Shown here one piece after another: positions 58,274-64,000 of a stretch of DNA of 64,000 bases (its first letter is position 1; each line of letters starts with the position of its first letter). The position numbers and the translations under genes were made by a program. The notes under the pieces were generated by a model, which worked only from the letters and a program-made list of their open reading frames with translations, searched no databases and was not told where the DNA came from. The stretch is from contig CBDCKW010000009.1 in assembly GCA_965218435.1 (NCBI GenBank), forward strand, positions 256,001 through 320,000, read 5' to 3'. The stretch is from Truepera sp. GTDB lineage: Bacteria > Deinococcota > Deinococci > Deinococcales > Trueperaceae.

Positions 58274-59821
58274 TTGACCTCCTCCGAAGCTTCAACAACC
58301 CCAGCGGCCCAAACTCCCCAGCGAAGTACCGCCAGAGGTGCCCTGACCCTGATGATCGGAACGCTGGCGAGCCGCGTCACCGGACTTTTACGGCAGTCGC
58401 TGCTCAATAACCTGTTTAGCGTCGAAGTCACCGACGCTTTTCTCATCGCGCTAAAAATTCCTAACCTTTTTCGGGAACTCTTAGCTGAGGGCGCGCTGAT
58501 CAACTCGTTCGTCCCGGCGTACAAGGCGCTGCCGCCTGCTGACGCCAAACGGCTCTCGGGTGCGCTGCTGAGTTTGCTGGTCGTTTTGAACGGGCTTTTG
58601 CTATTACTGGCAGTATGGGCGGCTCCGGTCATCGTCAATCTGCTCGTCTCCGACCCGGCTAAGATTAACGTCCCGCTGACCATCATCCTGACGCGGGCCG
58701 TGTTTCCGTTTTTAAGCGCGATTTCGTTTTCGGCTTTGGCGATGGGTATCTTAAACGCTGAAGAGCGTTTTTTTGCTCCGGCTTGGGCACCGGTAATTCT
58801 CAACGTCGTTACGGCGGCGCTGATGCTGCTCTATCCAAATCAGGCGTTGATGCTGGCCGTCGCTTTTGTGCTCGGCGGTGTAGCGCAGCTGCTCTTTCAG
58901 GTGCCGCCGCTCGTTCGTTCAGGTCTTTTGCCGCAGCTCGGCGTATGGTGGCACCCACAGCTTGCGAGCGTGCTCGTGCTGATGATCCCTTTTACCTTTT
59001 CGACCGGGGCGCGGCAACTGCTGAACTTGGTCTCGAGCCGCCTGTTAACTACCCTACCCGCCGGTAGCGTCACCGCGTTTGGTAACGCCGACCTGTTCTT
59101 GAGCTTAGCACTAGGGCTTTTTGGTATCTCTCCGGCCCTGGCGTTTTACTCACGCCTCTCGGCTTATACGACAAAGCCAGCCGACTTTCAGCGGACGCTC
59201 TTGGGGGGTCTACGGCTCATCACCTTTCTCAGCGTTCCGGCGGGCTTGCTCTTAACCCTTTATGCCAGACCCGCAGTGGTCAGCGTCCTCAACTGGTTTC
59301 CGCTATTCGGGCGTCCAGGGATGGACGCTGCGACGCTTTCATTTTCCGTAACGGCCCTCGTACCTCTCGGCCTAGCCGTCTTTCCAGTCAGCCTCAGCAA
59401 CTTGCTGATCCGCACCTTTTACGTGCGCCGCCGCGTCTGGGCTCCGGTCGTCATTAGCGCACTTTATACCGGCCTCAGCGCACTTTTTTATATGGTTTTG
59501 GCCCCGCGTTACGGAGTTGCCGGGCTTTCGTGGGGCGCGGTTATAGCAGGCTGGGTTCAGCTGGGCGCACTGCTCTACCTAGTGGGGAAACGTGAGCACC
59601 TGAACTTTAGGAGTCTGGCAGTGCAAATCAGCCGGGTATGGCTGGCCGCACTTCTGGCTGTAGGGCTGGGCTGGCTTCTCTTAGCCGCGCTGCCGCTTCC
59701 GGGCGGTTGGTGGGGCGCGGCGCTGAGCGTGACTTTAGGGGGTAGCCTCAGCGCACTCTTATATCTAGCTTTTTGTATCCGTTTTGGTGTCGCTGAGGTG
59801 GCGCGGTTTCGCCGTAACTAA
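58274..59821 (+). CDS. murJ: Lipid II flippase MurJ
   Basis: ASRVTGLLR, TDAFLIALKIPNLFRELLAEGAL; many TM segments. Confidence 0.92.
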   Translation: MTSSEASTTPAAQTPQRSTARGALTLMIGTLASRVTGLLRQSLLNNLFSVEVTDAFLIALKIPNLFRELLAEGALINSFVPAYKALPPADAKRLSGALLSLLVVLNGLLLLLAVWAAPVIVNLLVSDPAKINVPLTIILTRAVFPFLSAISFSALAMGILNAEERFFAPAWAPVILNVVTAALMLLYPNQALMLAVAFVLGGVAQLLFQVPPLVRSGLLPQLGVWWHPQLASVLVLMIPFTFSTGARQLLNLVSSRLLTTLPAGSVTAFGNADLFLSLALGLFGISPALAFYSRLSAYTTKPADFQRTLLGGLRLITFLSVPAGLLLTLYARPAVVSVLNWFPLFGRPGMDAATLSFSVTALVPLGLAVFPVSLSNLLIRTFYVRRRVWAPVVISALYTGLSALFYMVLAPRYGVAGLSWGAVIAGWVQLGALLYLVGKREHLNFRSLAVQISRVWLAALLAVGLGWLLLAALPLPGGWWGAALSVTLGGSLSALLYLAFCIRFGVAEVARFRRN

Positions 59822-59842
59822 GAAAAGCAAAGCTAAACCACG

Positions 59843-59868
59843 AAAAAAGCGCCCCGGTTTAGGGCGCT
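59843..59868 (-). terminator. Intrinsic terminator between convergent genes
   Basis: AGCGCCC-loop-GGGCGCT with an A-tract on the left. Confidence 0.6.
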
Positions 59869-59885
59869 CGGTTCAGTGAAAGAGT

Positions 59886-62009
59886 TTACTTAGGACGTAA
59901 AAGGGTGATAACGGGTCTGGCGTTGGGGGTTTCGTCGTCTTTTTGATCGAACCATGAGACATACAAGTAGCCCGTAGTTGGACTCTGAGCAATATCAATC
60001 GGATCAAGAAGGTCTTCCCGTTTTGGGATAATAGGATCAATCGAAGTGGCGTTACCGTCGCTCCCAAGCGTGACTGCAACAATGTCGTCATATCTGCTGT
60101 AGCGGGTGACTAGTAGTTTTCCTTTGAGGTTAGGGAACGCGTTGCCTGTATATTCAATTGCTCCGTCCGGCGAAACATTATTGCCAAAGTCGCCGGCAGG
60201 CCCGCGGTAGTTGGGATCGTAGCTGGTTCCAGCAGGGTACTCGGGTCTCTGAGTTGTAGGCTGACCCGGAAAGCCGATAGCGCCCCCGTTTAGAACCCAC
60301 TCACAACGTTTGGGGTTAGGCGTGCCATAATACCCACCCTTTTCGATCTTAAAGAGGTAGTCCTGCAGGGTTTCGGTAATTTTCCAGCCGTCGGTTTTAT
60401 CGTTGCTATAAGGGGCGTTTACATCTGACGGGTTGGCGAGCATCGGGCCGGTATAGGGTTTGCCGTCAATTCGGTGGTCACAAGTGCCGGGAAGAGGGTT
60501 ATAACGCGGGATATTGCCGCCACCTGCCGAACCGTTTGCCGGTACATAGAGATGACCGTTCGAGTGCCAAACCAAATCATACGAGTTACGTGTGCCACTC
60601 GCGTAGACCGTCAGCGGCGCACCGGGCGCGAAAGGATTGTAGTTGCCACCGTCCTCAGTCTGAGCGTTGAGAGGCAAGTTGCCGCCCAAAAGATTGGTGT
60701 CTAAGCGTAATACAGCGCCGGAAAGCGCACGTTCTTCCTGGAACTTCCAGGCGGCATCGGGTGCGCCCATCGCGGTATTGCTTCCCTGCATGAAGTAGAG
60801 AACACCGGGTTCAGCCGGGTTAAAGGCGATGGAGTTGGTGACGTGGTCTTTACTCGAGCGGGGCAACCCAACGACAACATCTTGAACGGTCTCGAGGTTT
60901 GGGCCGCTTAGCCGGGTCACTTTGCCCGCCCAAGGCTGATTGATCCCGTTACCCACCGAGCCGTCAAAGTTATTGACATCGATGTAGGTGTTGGTGACCC
61001 AAGCGATAAGGTTGTTTGCTGTCGAACTTGGATCGAAAGTCAAACCAATTGCTAGACGCGGGCCACCTTCAGCCTGTTGTAACGAATTAATGATCTTCGG
61101 TGTTCCGAGCGTACCGTCGGCGGCAACCGGGAAACGCTGAATTTCTCCTAAGATTGTAAGGCCGTAGAGATTACCATCAGGGCCGAAGGTTAGAGAACTG
61201 TATCTGGTTCCGGTCGTGCCGGGTTGCTTGGTAGAAACAATGTTTGAAATCGTCGGGACTTCGCTGCCACCTGCAGAAGTTGTCGTAAAAGTGCTGGTGT
61301 AAGGCGTGAACGGCACGCCGTCATCTTCTACCGCGCTCGTTACATTGAAACGGTACGTCGTATTGGGCTCGAGCAGCCGTGACGACTGAAGGATAATCGT
61401 GTCACCGCCGCCTGAAGTGGTTGGTGCGCTGGTAAGTACCCGTTGTCCATCTATTGTTTCTAAATAGACCGAATCGGTTGTCAGCGTAGATGTGTCAAGG
61501 CCACCAAGGGGGGTATTAATGACGGTTGAAATACCGCTTGTACCTGCATCTAGCGGAACATCAACCGCGCCGTCTGCCGGAGCTGACGAGACAACCGAAG
61601 GCACATCCGCTGAAACCGTCGTAAAGGTGCTGTTGTAATCTCCAAATGACGCGCCACTTGCGTCAGTCACGCCTGAAGTCAACTCAAAGCGGTATGTGGT
61701 GCCGAACTCGAGCTGTGACGAAGGGTCGAGCGTCAGCGTTTCCTGGTCGTTAAGAACCATGACATTGGCAGGCACAGGGGCGTTGGTTGAGGTGTTAACC
61801 AGGCGTACTGAACTGTCACTGATACTGGTCTGGTTGATGCCGCCGTTGGGCAAGCTGAGCTGAGCGATAACGCTGGCACCGACTGAAACATTGGTAGCTG
61901 AATTGCTCGGAGTCACGCTGTTAACTTTTGGATTACCTTGCATTGGAGGCTGAAAAATACCGCAGCCCGCAAGCGTGAACAGCAAAAACAAAATACCTAT
62001 CCGTCTCAT
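59886..62009 (-). CDS. Lipoprotein with two SbsA/Big_5 Ig-like domains and a sorbosone-dehydrogenase-like beta-propeller
   Basis: LAGC lipobox; PSNSATNVS..TLDPSSQLEFGTTY repeats; GLPRSSKDH, YASGTRNSYDL, GGYYGTPNP. Confidence 0.75.
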   Translation of the reverse strand: MRRIGILFLLFTLAGCGIFQPPMQGNPKVNSVTPSNSATNVSVGASVIAQLSLPNGGINQTSISDSSVRLVNTSTNAPVPANVMVLNDQETLTLDPSSQLEFGTTYRFELTSGVTDASGASFGDYNSTFTTVSADVPSVVSSAPADGAVDVPLDAGTSGISTVINTPLGGLDTSTLTTDSVYLETIDGQRVLTSAPTTSGGGDTIILQSSRLLEPNTTYRFNVTSAVEDDGVPFTPYTSTFTTTSAGGSEVPTISNIVSTKQPGTTGTRYSSLTFGPDGNLYGLTILGEIQRFPVAADGTLGTPKIINSLQQAEGGPRLAIGLTFDPSSTANNLIAWVTNTYIDVNNFDGSVGNGINQPWAGKVTRLSGPNLETVQDVVVGLPRSSKDHVTNSIAFNPAEPGVLYFMQGSNTAMGAPDAAWKFQEERALSGAVLRLDTNLLGGNLPLNAQTEDGGNYNPFAPGAPLTVYASGTRNSYDLVWHSNGHLYVPANGSAGGGNIPRYNPLPGTCDHRIDGKPYTGPMLANPSDVNAPYSNDKTDGWKITETLQDYLFKIEKGGYYGTPNPKRCEWVLNGGAIGFPGQPTTQRPEYPAGTSYDPNYRGPAGDFGNNVSPDGAIEYTGNAFPNLKGKLLVTRYSRYDDIVAVTLGSDGNATSIDPIIPKREDLLDPIDIAQSPTTGYLYVSWFDQKDDETPNARPVITLLRPK

Positions 62010-62072
62010 CTAAACTCCTTTTACAGCTTGAAGGTGACGGAGTTGAGCCCGTCACCTCCGACCGGTCTGGGG

Positions 62073-64000
62073 TTAATTAACCGGCCTGATGTTCTCCATG
62101 ATGTACATATTATCGTTGTAATCACAATTTCCGGGTGGCTCTGCCGACCCACCGTCACTAGGCACCTTTGGAACTCCGTAACCGTTACAGCCAGGTCTTA
62201 CGAAGTCTTGCGCGATGATGTAGCTGTCTGCTACAAGATTACCGGAGCGGTCACGTAGCGGCCAGAAGCGCACACCAAGGTTTCCGCGCGTGTTCGAACT
62301 GTAGCTGGCAACGTCTACCTCGAAGGCACCTTGGTGGTTTACCGTCAACTGTGCGAGGCTGCCGTTATTTTGACGTGGGTAGATAGACTCAGTGTCGTTT
62401 CCTGAGTGGCTTAGGACCGCAAAAGGACTAGAGCTACCACGGCTGATTAGCTTCATATTGAACTGCGCAATGTTGCAGCAAGGGTAAAAAGCTGCGATCT
62501 GAAGAACAGAAATGGGTTTGCTCGAGTCGGCCGCTTCCCAAAACGCCGAACGTATCTCTTCGCCCGCCAGCGGTGAATTCGGTGCAGGGTTGAGCAGACC
62601 GCCACTACTGATTTCTCCCAGCTTGGTTTTATACCCGAACAGCTGATTGATGAGCGGCGCGAAGTAGACTTCGCGGGCACCTTCAGGTTTTAACATGTAA
62701 AGTCCGGCGAGCTGAAGCCCTGCGCGCTGTGTACCCGACTGAATCAGCAAACCCGCCGGATAGACCCCCTTCGAATTAAAGCCGGTTGGATTAAACTCGA
62801 CCTTGATCGGACGTTCTTCACCAGGTTGAAGGGTCAAGTTGTATTCGCCGTTCGGTAACACGAACAGATTATCGTTCTGAAAGCTTAAGCTCAGCTGAAG
62901 GGCGCTGCCGCCGGTGTTTTGCAGGTTGACCGTGCCGGTCGTTGGAAATGTGATACCTGTCCACCGCTCTCTGGTCGGACCACAACTGGGGCTCACGGCA
63001 GGGTCGCAGGGCTTGCCCGTGGTTTTCTCGATTTTCTGCAATACCAAACGGTCGCTATAGGGCAGACCAAGCGCGTTTGAGACTCTGAGTCCGGCGATAC
63101 CGTTAGCCGGTGGCGTGTTAGGTACAGGTGGAATGGGAACTTTAGGTGTTTCCTCGGTTGCCTCGCCCGGCGTGACGTTACGTACAATAACGACGATATC
63201 GTTGTAGTCGTTGCCCTTACCATTGTTGAACTCGTCGGTTGCCATAACGTAAGCGTTGGGTTCGGTGGTGCCGTCCGCGTTGACAAACGGGTAGGTACGA
63301 ACATGATGCCGGAGCGTATCAAAGTTGTTAAGCCTATTTTCGGTAAAAACCTCGCGTTTGTTAAAAAACTTGTTGCTGGGCCACGCTGAGTACAGCCCGA
63401 AACTTTCCGTTCCAGGGTCAAAGGTCACGGTATCGCCGCTAACCGTGCCTTTGCCCGCTTCCGTAACAACCGGGGCGAGGCGCTGCGCGTTGAGGGTCGG
63501 CGTCTGCTCGATGCTAAAAATTTCGGTCTGTGCGCCTGCGTCTCCGGCGGTGTAGTAGCCGAAGTCGAGCACCGGGTTGTTTGGAACGCCGAACGTCGCT
63601 AAAACCTGAACGGTGACCGGGCTTGTAGGCGACGCTTTGGTAAATGTTTGGGCTGGTGTAACTTCTTGGCCGACAGGACCTTCAGTTGGAGCATTGACGA
63701 GGTTGGTTGTGCTCGGGTCTTGGTCGCCGGTAGCAATTTTGAAGCCGTAGGTGTCTAAAATCCACTGGAGCGACGGTTCTTTTTGTCCGCCTTGCCCCTC
63801 GACGCCGAGACCGCCCAAGGGAACTGAGAGGTTAGGTGCAGTCGTGTCGTCGCTCTGAATATTGAGAGTGGCGAGTTTGGGGCCGTTGCTGCTTTTGGTA
63901 AATTTGAGGCTCAGGTCGCGGGTTGCGCCGGGCGCGAGGCTAAACGCACCCGCGTCAGCCAGTGAAAACTGCGCTGCGTCTGCGCCGCCGATGCTGAGGC
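62073..64000 (-). CDS. Large extracellular protein with Ig-like (ASH-type) domains, 5' end beyond window
   Basis: Frame continues upstream of 63818 (FSLAPGATRDLSLKF..KLATLNIQSDD); repeated DYNDxxxxxxNxxP motifs. Confidence 0.75.
   Translation of the reverse strand, partial: LSIGGADAAQFSLADAGAFSLAPGATRDLSLKFTKSSNGPKLATLNIQSDDTTAPNLSVPLGGLGVEGQGGQKEPSLQWILDTYGFKIATGDQDPSTTNLVNAPTEGPVGQEVTPAQTFTKASPTSPVTVQVLATFGVPNNPVLDFGYYTAGDAGAQTEIFSIEQTPTLNAQRLAPVVTEAGKGTVSGDTVTFDPGTESFGLYSAWPSNKFFNKREVFTENRLNNFDTLRHHVRTYPFVNADGTTEPNAYVMATDEFNNGKGNDYNDIVVIVRNVTPGEATEETPKVPIPPVPNTPPANGIAGLRVSNALGLPYSDRLVLQKIEKTTGKPCDPAVSPSCGPTRERWTGITFPTTGTVNLQNTGGSALQLSLSFQNDNLFVLPNGEYNLTLQPGEERPIKVEFNPTGFNSKGVYPAGLLIQSGTQRAGLQLAGLYMLKPEGAREVYFAPLINQLFGYKTKLGEISSGGLLNPAPNSPLAGEEIRSAFWEAADSSKPISVLQIAAFYPCCNIAQFNMKLISRGSSSPFAVLSHSGNDTESIYPRQNNGSLAQLTVNHQGAFEVDVASYSSNTRGNLGVRFWPLRDRSGNLVADSYIIAQDFVRPGCNGYGVPKVPSDGGSAEPPGNCDYNDNMYIMENIRPVN

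Noticed and set aside
8519..63555. Numerous 60-230 aa ORF-track entries overlapping assigned genes
   Set aside because: They are antisense or alternate-frame shadows of well-supported CDSs, expected in GC-rich DNA.

Overview
Bacterial chromosomal window, most likely from a Deinococcota (Trueperaceae-like) genome. The evidence is a divergent GreA/Gfh1 pair, a Thermus-type homoisocitrate dehydrogenase, and many leaderless TANNNT-(5-7 nt)-ATG starts. Most of the window is housekeeping: rpmH-rnpA-yidD-yidC-jag, gatA, sdhCDAB, M16 proteases, dps, folE, pdp, moeB, lysS, amtB-glnK and murJ. The most unusual part is 1.3-5.3 kb. It holds seven different toxin-antitoxin(-like) modules in mixed orientation, several with decayed toxins. 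Most are separated by a same-orientation twin-CTCGAG junction element that also carries promoter signals. The whole array sits between two lipoprotein paralogs sharing about 735 bp of apparently identical DNA 5,960 bp apart. Other notable items are window-wide over-representation of the palindrome CTCGAG (about 150 copies by hand count), a degenerate ~75-bp intergenic inverted-repeat family (one copy interrupted by an IS5-family element), and an algI/algJ/algF O-acetylation cluster with three AlgX-like paralogs but no polymer synthase. All calls come from reading the sequence; no database searches were run.
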